From NCBI RefSeq assembly GCF_963921235.1, contig NC_086097.1, positions 95,420,001-95,484,000 of the forward strand: a stretch of 64,000 bases of DNA, in the 5' to 3' direction. Positions 49,712 through 61,965 of the stretch are shown piece after piece. This DNA comes from Mobula hypostoma (lineage: Eukaryota). Each line of letters begins with the position of its first letter. Position 1 is the stretch's first letter. A model generated the notes under the pieces. That model made no database searches. It saw only the letters and a program-made list of their open reading frames with translations, and was not told the origin of the DNA. The position numbers were made by a program, and so were the translations under genes.

Positions 49712-50875
49712 GTACCTCTTCCTAGAGATGCTGCCTGGCCTGCTGCGTTCACCAGCAACTTTTATGTGTGTTGCTTGAATTTCCAGCATCTGCAGATTTC
49801 CTCGTGTTTACATTTGAGGCAGTATCTTTTACCCAAATCATGATTGATACAAGTTTGATACAAGTTGTTGAATCATGCACCAAGCATCAACACTGTACAA
49901 GAGACCAAACCAGTAAGGAAGAAGTGTTAGACTCTATGAGAAGCAGCCAGTAACGCAAGAAGGTCTGGAACTATTTCATCATTGCTGAAAGGTGTTGGAC
50001 TTTGACGTTGGAGGTGTTTGGTGTTTGTTCTCCGACAGTGTTTGCAGCCTCTTAGTACATGACACTAGTCTCTGCTGTAGCAGTGACCCTACACCTTGTT
50101 GTGACATCAAGTCACTCTCAGCACAGAGCTCCATCATTTTGTGCATGTAGACCCGTTGTTGCCATGGGGTTGGAGAATGGCCATCATCTCAGTGGATAGC
50201 ATGGCAAATATATGGTTATCTGCCTTTCTTCTTGAGAAATATATTTTGGATCTTTATGCTATTTTTGTGGCAATAATAATGTCCTTCAGACCAATTCTGT
50301 TATTTTTCAGAGGACCTGACCTGAAGCTTGCATTCAATGCAGCAGCTGGAGTGGGTCAAATTCCAGCCCAGATTCTGTGCCAAAGGTTGAGTGGTGCTGC
50401 TAGTATATTTGCTACTTCAGTGCTCCAGTGAACTCCAATGTTCTGTTGTGGACTGGTATGGTAACTAATTTCTCTGTGACCCTGTGGGTTTCCTCCCACA
50501 TCCCAGACATGCACAGGTTAGTAGGCTAATTGGTCATTGCAAATTTACCCTCGTGAAGAAGAGTGGTAGAATCTGGGGGAGTTGATTGAGATAATAAAAT
50601 GGAATTAGTATAAGATTCGGCATGGACTCTGTCGAAAGACCTATTTTTGTGCTATACAGTCCTATGATTTGCCTTGTCACTGGTTCTCTCCCATTCACTT
50701 GCTTGTTAGACAGCATGTGCCAGTGTGCCCTTTTCATAATCATTCTTTTAATTGGCCAAGGTTTATTGCCCACCCCTAATTACCTTCAGTAAGGAATCAC
50801 TCAGTAGACTGTGGCAAACCTTCTGATAAAGATGCTCCCACAGTTGTTATTGGGTCGAAAATGGCAGGATTTCTA

Positions 50876-51500
50876 TATAGTCATAGTCATACTTCATTGA
50901 TCCTGGGGGAAATTGGTTTTTGTTACAATTGCACCATAAATAATAAATAGTAATAGAACCATAAATAGTTAAATAGTAATATGTAAGTTATGCCAGTAAA
51001 TTATGAAGTAAGTCCAGGAGCAGCCTATCGTCTCAGGGTGTCTGACCCTCCAAGGGAGGAGTTGTAAAGTTTGATGGCCACAGGCAGGAATTACTTCCTA
51101 TGATGCTCTGTGCTGCATCTCGGAGGAATGAGTCTCTGGCTGAATGTACTCCTGTGCCCAACCAGTAAATTATGTAGTGGATGGGAGACATTGACCAAGA
51201 TGGCATGCAACTTGGACAGCATCCTCTTTTCAGACACCACCGTCAGAGAGTCCAGTTCCATCCCCACAACATCACTGGCCTTACGAATGAGTTTGTTGAT
51301 TCTGTTGGTGTCTGCTACCCTCAGCCTGCTGCCCCAGCACACAACAGCAAACATGATAGCACTGGCCACCACAGACTCGTAGAACATCCTCAGCATCGTC
51401 CGGCAGATATTAAAGGACCTCAGTACCTCCTCAGGAAATAGAGACGGCTCTGACCCTTCTTGTAGACAGCCTTAGCGTTCTTTGACCAGTCCAGTTTAGT
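50876..51500 (-). mobile_element. Rex1/Babar 3' fragment, (GACTAT)n tail
   Basis: MLRMFYESVVASAIMFAVVCWG..INKLIRKA..SHPLH. Confidence 0.88.
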
Positions 51501-53189
51501 TTCATATCAATGAAAGAAAGTCAGGATAGTGTGACACAGATGATACAATACAAAATGCGGTATTTTCCTGGCCCTACTTCTCTTGTATCTCTCGATAATC
51601 GAGTTTATGGGTGTGGAGGTGCTGTCAGAGAAAGTTAAGTAAGTAGTGCATTTTGTAAATGGTACCCATTCCAGCTATATTTGGAGGTTAAGAGAAGAGG
51701 AAAGTCTAGCCCTGAATAGTACACAGCTTCTTCACAATTGTTCATATTGCACTCATTCAAGCAAGAGAAAGTACTCGTGATATACGGTGGAAAAATGTAT
51801 GTTGTCTCACGTGAACATGCACTGCCTTAGAAAATATGCTTTTCACCACCACATAGCTGTATTCTATATCCTATGACTTCATTCTGAAGTGCAATTACTA
51901 CGGTAATCATGGAAGTGCAAAAATCTAACCCCTGCATAACAAGATCCCACAAAGAGCAGCCAAAACTAATTTATCAGTGCCTTTTTTTAAAAGTGAGTCA
52001 CTTGAGGGATGTTTATTGTTCTTAAATGAAAGAGTTGCATGTACAAGATTACAAGATGTGGGGAGAGTACAGGAAGGTAAAGTTGAATAGAGCAACCTTG
52101 TTCTTTGTTAATTCAAGCAATATGGACTTCACAGGCAGTACCCGTGCCAATCCTTAATTGCCCTTCGGAAGCTGGTGTTGAGCTGCCTTGATCCACTATA
52201 GTCCTTGAGGTGTTGGTATACCCCTGTGATTTTGATACAGCCAGAGAAGGAATGGTAATATTTGTCAAAGTCAGGATGGTGAGTGGCTTGGAGAGTAACT
52301 TCCCTGTCGCTGCTAAACCCAGGATATTGATAGTGACATTATTTATTTGTGGAGCATAATCAGATTCATAATTATTTATCACATGTATATCAAAATATAC
52401 TGTAGGAGCTATGCATCTATCTTTATGTGCATTGTATTCTGTGCTGCACTTTTATTACAGCAACTAGTCACATGAGTAGGGGCGTAGTAAAAGCAAAGGG
52501 AGTAAGTTATACATTCATGCTTTGTTCATGGCAGTCTTCGGTTGGGGATCAACGAATGGCATATCTTTTGTTGACCGCTCAATTATGCTTAATTTCACTT
52601 AGTTTCATTGCCTCAAGATTGTACGTTGGCTAACTGCTAATGAAGGATCAAATACATTTCTTCGACTTTAGGAGCAATCATTATTGGAGCTGAGGGCGCA
52701 CCATACAAGTATAATAAATCTGTGGGGGCCGCAGCACGGCAATTTGGTTTGGTTAGAATTGGCCGCTACCCATATAGTACAGTGAAATGCGCCATTCTGT
52801 TAACAACCAAAACACCCAAGGATGTGCTGGGGGCAGCCCACAATTGTCACTACACATTTCACCAGTGATGTAGGATGCCCACAGTGTTTCACAGAACAAC
52901 ACAAACAGCAGCAACAACAACAACAAAACAAGCCCCTTTCCCACACTGCCATCCACCTACTCACATACACAGACAGACCTTCACCCCCAGGACGGGCCGC
53001 CTTTGTGCCTCCACTCAATGGCCCCAGACTCTCAGTTGCACAGGCATCAGGCCTCCAAACTCTATTCCTTGGCCCGGACTTGCAGACTGGGAGACACTGG
53101 GACTCTGACCTCCAGTCTTAGGAGTTTTCACCCACAGGATTCCCAATTAGTAGATTAGCTTTTTTGTTTTCTTTGCACCATTCTCTGTA

Positions 53190-53447
53190 AGCTCTAGAGA
53201 CAGCAGTGCATGAAAATCCCAGGAGATTCGCAGTTCCTGAGATAGTCAAACCACCCAGTCTTGGCACCAACAATCATTCCACAGTCAAAGTCACTTAGGT
53301 CACATTTTTCCCTATTCTGATGTTTGGTCTGAAAATCAACTGCATCTCTTAAACATGTATGCATGCTTTTAGGCATTGAGTTGCTGCCTTGTGATTGGCT
53401 GAATAGATATTTGCATTAACGAACAGGCGTACCTAATAAAGTGGCCT
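53190..53447 (-). mobile_element. Tc1/mariner left-end fragment
   Basis: GGCCACTTTATTAGGTAC terminal sequence and DLSDFDCGMIVGA transposase N-terminus. Confidence 0.75.
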
Positions 53448-53957
53448 AAGTTTAATGAGCTATATTAAATGTTATACCTCTTTCAGTAGGTGCATTCATG
53501 CAATACAGGAGTTGAACATAAACCCACCGTAGAGTTGGAGGAAAGAGCATGAAACTACAGCTGAAGTTTCAGGCTCACATAAAAAATCATTATTTGCAAC
53601 TGAGGACATCAATCCCCAGCAGCCAGACCTTTGTAATTTCTTTTGCAAAGAAAAAAATGGAAAAATAGAATTAAGAACAAAATGATTCCAGTCCATTGGA
53701 AAGTCATTAGTTAGACACAAGGCTCCAATCCTAACTGATATAGTTTGCTTGAGTTATTAATATTGAGTTAATCTGCAGATGGCATCACAGTATACATCCA
53801 AAATAAAAGATTGCTTCAAGTGCATCCAGCAAAACAAATAGACAAGATAGGAGACATGACCTCCACATACAAATCATACTGGAAGAAACTGAATAAATCA
53901 TAACTAGAAGTTTGGTCTTGTTCACAGATGTTTGAGTCAAGGGGTAGTTAGAATGTA

Positions 53958-56175
53958 GTACAGTACAGCACAGGAACAGGCCCTTCAGCCATGATGTTAC
54001 ACTAACTAATTAAATTAGTAATTAAATGTCCAACTAAATTAATCACTTCTGCCAATACAGTGTCCATATCCCATCATCCTCTGCAGGTTCATGTGCTGAA
54101 TTAAGAGTCTCAAATGCCTCTTTCATATTTGCCTCCGCTACCACCTCTATAACCATATAACATATAACCCTATAACAATTACAGCACGGAAACAGGTCAT
54201 CTTGGCCCTTCTAGTCCGTGCCGAACTCTTACTCTCACCTCGTCCCACCGACCTGCACTCAGCCCATAACCCTACATTCCTTTCCTGTCCATACATCTAT
54301 CCAATTTAACTTTAAACAACAACATTGAACCTTCCTCAACCACTTCTGCTGGAAGCTCATTCTACCAGTACGCTCCAAACACTCACTACTCCTTGTATAA
54401 AAAAACTTATTACACACATCTCCTTTGGTCTTACTTTCTCTCATCTTAAATGCATGTCCTCTCGTATTAGGCACTTTGAACCCGGAAGAAAGATGCTGGT
54501 GACTACTCTGTCTGTGCCTCTTATAATCCTGTAAACTTTAGGATTTTGGTCTCCCCCAACCCCCAATCCTCCAGAAAAACAAAACAATTTCTGCCTACAG
54601 CCCTTGCAGTATAATCTAGGCAGCTTTCTGGTAGATCTCTTCTGCAATCTCTCCAAAGCCTCCACTTCTTTCTAATAATGAGGCAACCAGAAATGGATGG
54701 AATACTCCAGATGCTGCCTGACCAAGCTTCTATAAAGCTGCTGAATAACTACCTGACTGTTGAACTCAATACTTCATCTAATAAGTGCAAGCACCCATCA
54801 ACACCTGCAGTCATTTTAACAGTCCTATGGACATGGACTTCACAATCTCTTTGTACTATTAAAGGTCTTGCCACTAACAGCGTACTGTCATTTTACATTT
54901 GACCTCCCAAAGCACAACATCTCACACTTGGATGGATTAATCTCCATCTGCCATTTCTCCAACTATATCTGCAAATAATCTATATTCCAAAGTTCAAAGT
55001 TCAAACTAAATGTATTATCAAAGTACACATATGACACTGTATACAACCTTGAGATTCATTTTCTGGCAGGCATACTTAATAAATCCAAAAAAGAATAATC
55101 ATCAATGAAAGACCGCACCAACTTGGGCATTCAACCAGTGTGCAAATACAAAAAGGAAGGAAAAAATAATAATAATAATATACTAATACAGTAGATAAGT
55201 AAGCAATAAATACTGAGAATGAGATGGAGTTCTTGAAAGTGAGTCCATAAGTTGTGGGAACATATGAATGATGGGGCAAGTGAAGTTGAGTGAAGTTATC
55301 TTCTTTGGTTTAAGAGCCTGATAGTTGACAGGTAGTAACTGTTCCTGAACCTGGTGGTGTGGATCCTGAAGCTCCTGTACCTTCTTCCTGATGGCAACAA
55401 CAAGAAGGGAGCTTGTCCTGGGTGGAGGTAGTCTCTGATGACGGATGCTATTTTCCTGCAACAACATTTCGAGCAAGTGTGCTCAGTGGTGGGGAGGGCT
55501 TTACCTGTGATGAACTGGGTCGCATCCTCAACTTCTTGTGGAATTTTCCATTCAAGGACATTGGTGCTTTCGTACCAGGCTGTGATGCAGCCAGTCAATA
55601 TACTCTCCACTACACATCTATGTTCTTCTAAGTTTTAGATCTCATGCCAAATCTTTGCAAACTCCTTAGCAAGTAGAGGCACTGTTGTGCTTTCTTCGTG
55701 CTGAGCCCAGGACAGGTCCTCCAAAATAACAACACTAAGGAATTTAAAGTTGATGACCCTCTCCACCTCTTCCGATGAGGACTGGCTCATGGGCCTCTGA
55801 TTTCCTTCTCCTGAAGTCCATAATCAGCTCCTTGGTCTTGCTGACATTGAGTAAGAGGTTGTTGTTATGGCACCACTCAGCCAGAGTTTCAATCTCCCTT
55901 CTGCATACTGATTCATCCCACAACAGTGGTGTCATCAGCAAACTTGAATAGTCAGCTATATCCTTTGGCAACCTTCTACACTATTCACAATGCCACCAAT
56001 CTTTGTAATGACTGTGAACTTACTAACGCATCCATTCGCATTTTCATTCAAGTTGTCTACATTTACCACAAATAGCAAAGGTTCCAGTATGAAACTCTGG
56101 AGAATACCACTAGTCATAGACCTCCAGCCTGAATAAACCCCATTGACCCCACCCTCTTTTTTCTATGGGTAAGCT
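53958..56175 (-). mobile_element. Decayed CR1, with a nested younger CR1 3' end (about 54148-54360) and a Rex1 insertion
   Basis: ALERLQKR and TRGHAFK remnants; (TTATATG)n-type tail of the nested copy. Confidence 0.75.
54986..55952 (-). mobile_element. Rex1/Babar 3' fragment, (TGAACTT)n tail
   Basis: EWCHNNNLLLNVSKTKELIMDFR; ESILTGCITAWY..TTRFRNSYY..IRLLN. Confidence 0.9.
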
Positions 56176-56355
56176 AATTCTGAATGTAAACATCCTTCCC
56201 ATTTTAAAAAAAGAACACAATTTCTAACTGATTTGCAGATATCAGAGTATCAGTACCAAACACTCTTAGAGCAGGAACAGCACAGGTTCCCTTTACTGTT
56301 ACGTAGAGTACCAGAACAGTTAGGATAGTGTTCATTGACAGATGTATTTTTAAAA

Positions 56356-58660
56356 ATTTATTCATTCATGGGATGTGAGCATTGCAGCTAAGCCAGCATT
56401 TATTGCCCATCCCTAATTGCCCTTGAGAAGGTGGTGATGAGCTGCCTTCTTGAACCGCTGCAGTCCCTGAGGTGTATGTGTACCTACAGTGCTGTTAGGA
56501 AGGGAATTCCATGATCTTGATCCAGTGACAGTGAAGGAATGGTGATGTTTCCAAGTCAGGATGCTGAGTGACTTGGAGGGAGATTTCCAAGTGGTGGTAT
56601 TCCCAGGTATCGGCTGTTCTCATCCTTCTAGATGGTAGTGTATCTTGTAGATAGTGCACACTGCTGCAACTGTTCGTCAATGGTGGAGAGATTGGATGCT
56701 TGTGGAAGGGGTACCAATCAAGTGGGCTGCCTTGTATTGGATGGCATCAAGCTTCTTGAGTGTCGAGGGAGCTGCACTCATCCAGGCAAGCGGCAAAAAT
56801 TCCATTACACTCCTGACCTGAGCCTTGTAGATGGTGGAGAGGCTTTGGGGAGTGTGGAGGTGAGTTACACACCACAGGATTCCTAGCCTTTGACCTGCTC
56901 TGGTAGCCATGGTGTTTATATGGCTAGACCCGTTCAGTTCCTGTCAATGGTAACCCCCAGGATTTTGACAGTCGGGGATTCAGTGATGGTGAATGTCAAG
57001 GCACAATGGTTAGAGCCTCTCCTGTTGGAGATGGTCATTACCTGGCACTTGTGTGGCTCGAACAAAGGTCTTTGATGAAGCAACTAAAGATGGTTGGTCT
57101 CAGGACACTTCCCTGAGGAACTCCTGCAGTGATGTCCTGAGGATGAGATGATTGACCTGCAACCACCAAAACCATCTTCCTTTGTGTCGGGTATGATTCC
57201 AACCAGTAGAGGGTTTTCCCCCTAATTCCCATCAACTTCATTTTAGCTAGGGCACCTTGATGCCATACTCAGTCAAATGTCACCTTGATGTTGAGGGCTA
57301 TCACTCTCACCTCACCTCTGGTATTTAGCTCTTTGGTCAAGAGCTGAGTGGCCTTGACAGAGCCCAAACTGGGCATCCGTAAGCAGATTATTGCTGAGTA
57401 GGTGCTACATGATAGCACTGTTAATGATCCCTTCCATTACTTTGCTGATGTTTGAGAGTAGGCTGATAAGGTGGTACTTGCTGGGTTGGACTTGTCCTGT
57501 TTCTTGTGTACAGAACATACCTGGGCAATTTTCCACATTGCCGGGTAGATGGCAGTGTTGTAGCTGTACTTGGCTAGTGGAGTGGCAAGTTCTGGAACAC
57601 TTTAGGACTGTTGCCGGGTTTTTGTCTAGGCCCATAGCCCTTGCAGTATGCAGCGCTTTCAGCTGTTTCTTGATATCACATGGAGTGAATCAGATTGGCT
57701 GCATACTGACATCTGGGATGTTGAGGACTTCTGGAGGAGGTCAAGCTGGATCATCTACTCGGCACTTCTGACTGAAGATTGTTGCAAGTGCCTCAGCCTT
57801 AACTTTTGCACAGGTGTGCTGGGCTCCTTTATCATTGAGGATAGGGATATTTGTAGAGCCTCCTCCTTAAGTGAGTTGTTTGATTGTCCACCACCATTCA
57901 CAGTTGGATGTGGCAGGACTACTGTTAGAGTGAATTTTTTTTGGGTAGATGATTTGTTTACACTTAAATGACCTTGGCCACCAGACTTCTATTTGACAAA
58001 GTACTGTGGATTGAGTCCACAACAGTGCGCTTCCTAAAAAGGTGCGAATACCAGATGCTTCTGGCGCCGTAGTTTGACCAGATGCTGTAGTTTCGAAGTC
58101 AGTATTATCTATATTTTATAAATATCAATTGTCTTCTATGTTAGCACGTAAAGTGCCAAATAAATGTATTGTGGATTTAATTGCATTCCTAAAGGCTGTG
58201 GATACCAACCCAGACATGTTCACGGCGGAAGGAAAGGATGAAGTCAGAAGGTGTGATGTTTGTATGTAGCCTCAAAAGGAAGCATTGTCTATGCATTGTC
58301 TATAACTTTTTAAGTAGTGATTGCCTTTGTGTTTAGCATATAAATATTGAGCCCACATTGGGCTAGCAGACCTTTCTACCGAAAGCGTCTCCACCTGTAC
58401 CTTGTTGTGTCGAATAAAGAAGCTGCTTTGTGACTCTGTCTCTCCAGTGATTTCATCCACGCTACATCAACTACAGAGCTTACATCTGATCCGTTGGTTG
58501 TGGGACCACTTTGCTCTGTCTATAACTTGCTGCTCATGGTGTATGGCATGCAAGTCGTCCTGTACTGTGGCCTCACCAGGATGACACCTCATATTGAGGT
58601 ATGCCTGTATACCTGGTGTTGACCTTGGCATAACCTCCCGCACTCCTCATTGAACCAGGG
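56356..58660 (-). mobile_element. CR1/L2-group LINE, distinct from the main CR1 family
   Basis: ISLLSNISKVMEGII, GVPQGSVL.PTIFSCFI, IYKAQVRSVME; 3' end GGGCAATTAGGGATGGGCAATAAATGCTGG. Fragments of the same family near 1590-1840, 50750 and 52110-52320. Confidence 0.85.
57923..58469 (+). mobile_element. Solo LTR, 547 bp
   Basis: TG...CA termini; perfect 5-bp TSD ACTAC (57918-57922, 58470-58474); AATAAA about 55 bp before the end; cleanly interrupts the LINE. Confidence 0.85.
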
Positions 58661-59199
58661 TTGATCCCCTGGCCTAGAGTTTTGGTGATTCTATTGAAAA
58701 TGATGTCTGTGCTCACCAACTGATTTATCAATTTCACGGGAAAGCACTTGATAGATAGCAGGAAATAATATTTCAAAAGCAGGCTTAGATTCAAAGCATA
58801 AATCAAATTACTCTGGTTCTCAAAAACTAGGATCAAAGGAATCAGGAAAGAATCGCCATAAGCCAATTAACTAGTGACAGATAATAATATAGTAGTTCTT
58901 CATCACTGCGAATCAGTTCTTAAACCCATCCCAGGTTCCTAACCCACCACTGGCACCACTCAAAAACCCTACACCATCACAATCAACCAGACTGCCTCCC
59001 ATTCAGACTACAGGTACTGGTTTGCATTGTGCTGATGTTCTACGAATATTACCTGTGCTCCAACTGCCTTTTGACCAAATGCCCTTTCTTAATTTCCTCA
59101 GCTTTCATTTGGGAGGCAGCATCCATGACGGAGTCCAGAACAAGGGAGTATATGTTAAAATTAGAGCTCAGTGTTTCAGGGCTAATAGCACCAGAGAGT

Positions 59200-60410
59200 A
59201 ACACATCACAGAAACAAGCCCTTCAGCCACTTCGCTCATGCCAACCAAGGCAGCCCCATTTGCTCACGCTTGCTCTGTATCTTTCTAAACATTCACTATC
59301 CATATACTTATCCATTTTTTTCTTAAACGTCATTTTATTTGTCTCAACTACTTTCTGTCACAGCTAATTCCAAATGCGTACCACACGTAAAGTTACCTTC
59401 AGGTCCCATTTATATATTCACCTCTTCGCTTAAACCTGTGCCCTCTAATTTTTGATTTCCTTTCCCTGGAAAAAAAGACTGCATTTACCCTTTCTATGCC
59501 CCTCATGATTTTGTATGCCTCTAAAAGGGCCTCCTTCAATTTCTCATGCTCCAAGGTATAAAGACCTAGCCTACCCAAACTCTCTCTTTAACTTAAGCCC
59601 TTGCAACATTTTCATAAATTTTCTTTGCACTTTTTCCAGCTTACTGACACCTTCTCTTTGAGTGGGTTATCAAAACTCAACACAATACTCCAGGTGCAGT
59701 TTCACCAATGCCTTGTAGAACTGCAACACTATGCCTCAGCTCTTATACTCAGTGCCCTTACTGATGAAGGCCAGTGACCCATATGCCTCTTTCACCAGTC
59801 TGCCTGTGACATAATTTTTAGTGAACGCTAAACCTGTACTACATGGTTCCTCTGTTCAGCAACACTCCCCAGGGAACTAACATTCACTGCGTAGGTCCTA
59901 CTCTGGTTCAACTTCCCAAAACGCAATACCTCACAAATATCCGGATTGTTCTCCATTAGCCTACTAGTCTAATTGCTCAAAATCTTCATGAAAATTTTAA
60001 TAACTTTCTTCACTATCCACCATACTACTTAATTTTAGTATCATCCATAAGCTTATTAATCATGCCTTGCACATTCTTATCCAAATTATTTATATAAATA
60101 TCAACAAGCCCCAGCAATGATCCATATTGCATAGCACTAGTCACAAACCTCCAATGCGAAAAACACCCTTCCACCAGCACCCACAGCTCCCTACCACTGA
60201 GCCAACTATGAATCCAGTTAGCAACATTTCACTGTCCTCTCACTTTTCAGACTAGCTTTCCATACAGGTTCTTTATCAAAAGTCTTGCTGAAGTCCATAG
60301 AGACAATATTCACTGTCCTGCCTTCATTTATCCCATTGGTCATCTCTTCCAAAATCTCCACAGATACAATTCCCCATGCTCAAAAGCCATGTTGGCTATT
60401 TCTAATCATG
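59200..60410 (-). mobile_element. Decayed CR1
   Basis: Reverse CR1 3' end (GAAACAAGCCCTTCAGCC) and YMDFSKTFDK-like remnant near 60270-60300. Confidence 0.75.
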
Positions 60411-61327
60411 ACCGGGAACAGTTCTTTACAAAGGCCAACAGAACTGAAGAGCTCTCACTAAAAAGATCACGAAACTAAAACTGATAGATGTTTCTGGGGG
60501 AAGAGGTATAGCAGCAACAAGAGTAGGCAGAGAAGAAAGATAGTTTGACTGTGATCCCATCAAATAGTGGCAGACGCTCAAGCAACAATATGACCAGCGT
60601 TTTGGTCATCTCTGCCTGACATTAATCAAGTTACCAGTTGTCCTAAATTAGAATAATGGCTAATCTTCCTAAGGAATTTAATTATCACTAAGCACTTAGC
60701 AACATCCAAGCTGCTAAAGCAACAATACAATCACCACTTTAATCTTTTTCCTTCAGAGGAAACTAGATCCACTTTAAGATGGTAAAGTAATGTGAAGATC
60801 AGATTTTGTTTCAACATCACTCTCCCAGCACCTTCAGACCCAAAGACAATTAATATCCTTTCCTTGCAAAGGAAGCCAATAAAACTTACATCAGTCAATT
60901 AAGTGCTAGGCTTTCAGGACAACGCAATCCATCCAATTTATGGTAATATTAATTCCCCACATTGTGTATTTTGATACCTGAAGGAAAGGACTAGACACTG
61001 AAGCTTATAAAATGGCTGCAATGTTTTTTGCTGTTTCAAAAAGTCTTGGGTAAGAAAATAATCAAACCCACAATGACACCAGAAATCTGAAGCAAATAAC
61101 TGGAAACCACCTCTTGTCTATTTCAAGCATAAGTGTTTTCTCCAGAACAGAAACTAATTATAGGCAAACAACATTTAGGCAGAATGGAATGGAGTTGAAG
61201 AGGGTTTAGTGTTGAATGGGGAAAGTAAGGAAGTTTGTCTGTTTTGAAACAAGGCAAATTAAACAACCCATTGTCTTATACTGCATCTCTCTAGCAATTA
61301 ACCCTCATGGTATGAACTAGCAAGTCT

Positions 61328-61418
61328 GAAATCTTTTTTTTATTGAAGGAATGACACAATACAGAATATATAATGTATTACATTTTCCTCCATTTTGCTT
61401 TAGTATCGTACCCCCAAA
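61328..61418 (-). mobile_element. 91-bp A-tailed retroposed fragment (L1-like 3' end)
   Basis: Exact 16-bp direct repeat ATGAACTAGCAAGTCT (61312-61327, 61419-61434); AATAAAAAAAA near the minus-strand 3' end. Confidence 0.7.
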
Positions 61419-61446
61419 ATGAACTAGCAAGTCTAAGGTACTAAAC

Positions 61447-61526
61447 CAGGGATTCCCAACCTTCTTTATGCCATGGACGAATACCATTAAGCAAGTGGTC
61501 CATGGAACACAAGTTAGGAACCCCTG
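61447..61526. mobile_element. hAT/Charlie-like MITE, 80 bp
   Basis: TIRs CAGGG[A/G]TTCC[C/T]AAC; internal CCATGGAC/GTCCATGG inverted pair; 8-bp flanks degenerate (TACTAAAC / CTTTAAAG). Confidence 0.7.
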
Positions 61527-61965
61527 CTTTAAAGAGTGCTTGTTTGAAAAGCTGTGCTTTTAACTTAAGCTGATTACTGCTTTCCTTTTACATTTTAAGA
61601 ACTGAAGACTGAATCCCATTTACGACCAGACACTAAACAAAGCATAGTTGGAAGTTTACTTACAGTACATTTGTTTGAACTTACAACCAGCAGCTGCTGT
61701 GTTTAGAAAGTAGATTAGCAAACATGAGCCAGGGTGCAAACATCTATCACAGAGGTATTGCACTTTAGGAGGGCAAACAAGGGTAGAACTTACATAGTGA
61801 GTGGCAGGACTCCAAGGATTGTAGTAGAACAGAGGGATCTCGGAATACAGATCCATAATTCCTTGAAACTGATGTCACAGGTGATAGGGTCACAAAGAAA
61901 GCTTTTGGCACACTAGCCATCATAAGTCAAAGTACAGAGTACAGGAGTTGGGATGTTACATTGAA

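Larger units (their letters stand above)
46747..49807. mobile_element. Penelope-like element, 3.06 kb, inverted arms (minus 46747-48507; plus 48504-49807)
   Basis: RT motifs QSLYTSIPH, G.A.GT.MGP.YA, RYIDD, FLDL, YYKPTD; GIY-YIG VIYCVRCSRCGLLYIGET in both arms; ACTG microhomology at the junction; TSD TTACATTTGAGGCA at 46733-46746 and 49808-49821. Confidence 0.96.

Noticed and set aside
52822..53121. Poly-Q / poly-C / poly-L ORFs
   Set aside because: A short (CAG/CAA) microsatellite inside a Rex1-type 3' UTR; no coding evidence.
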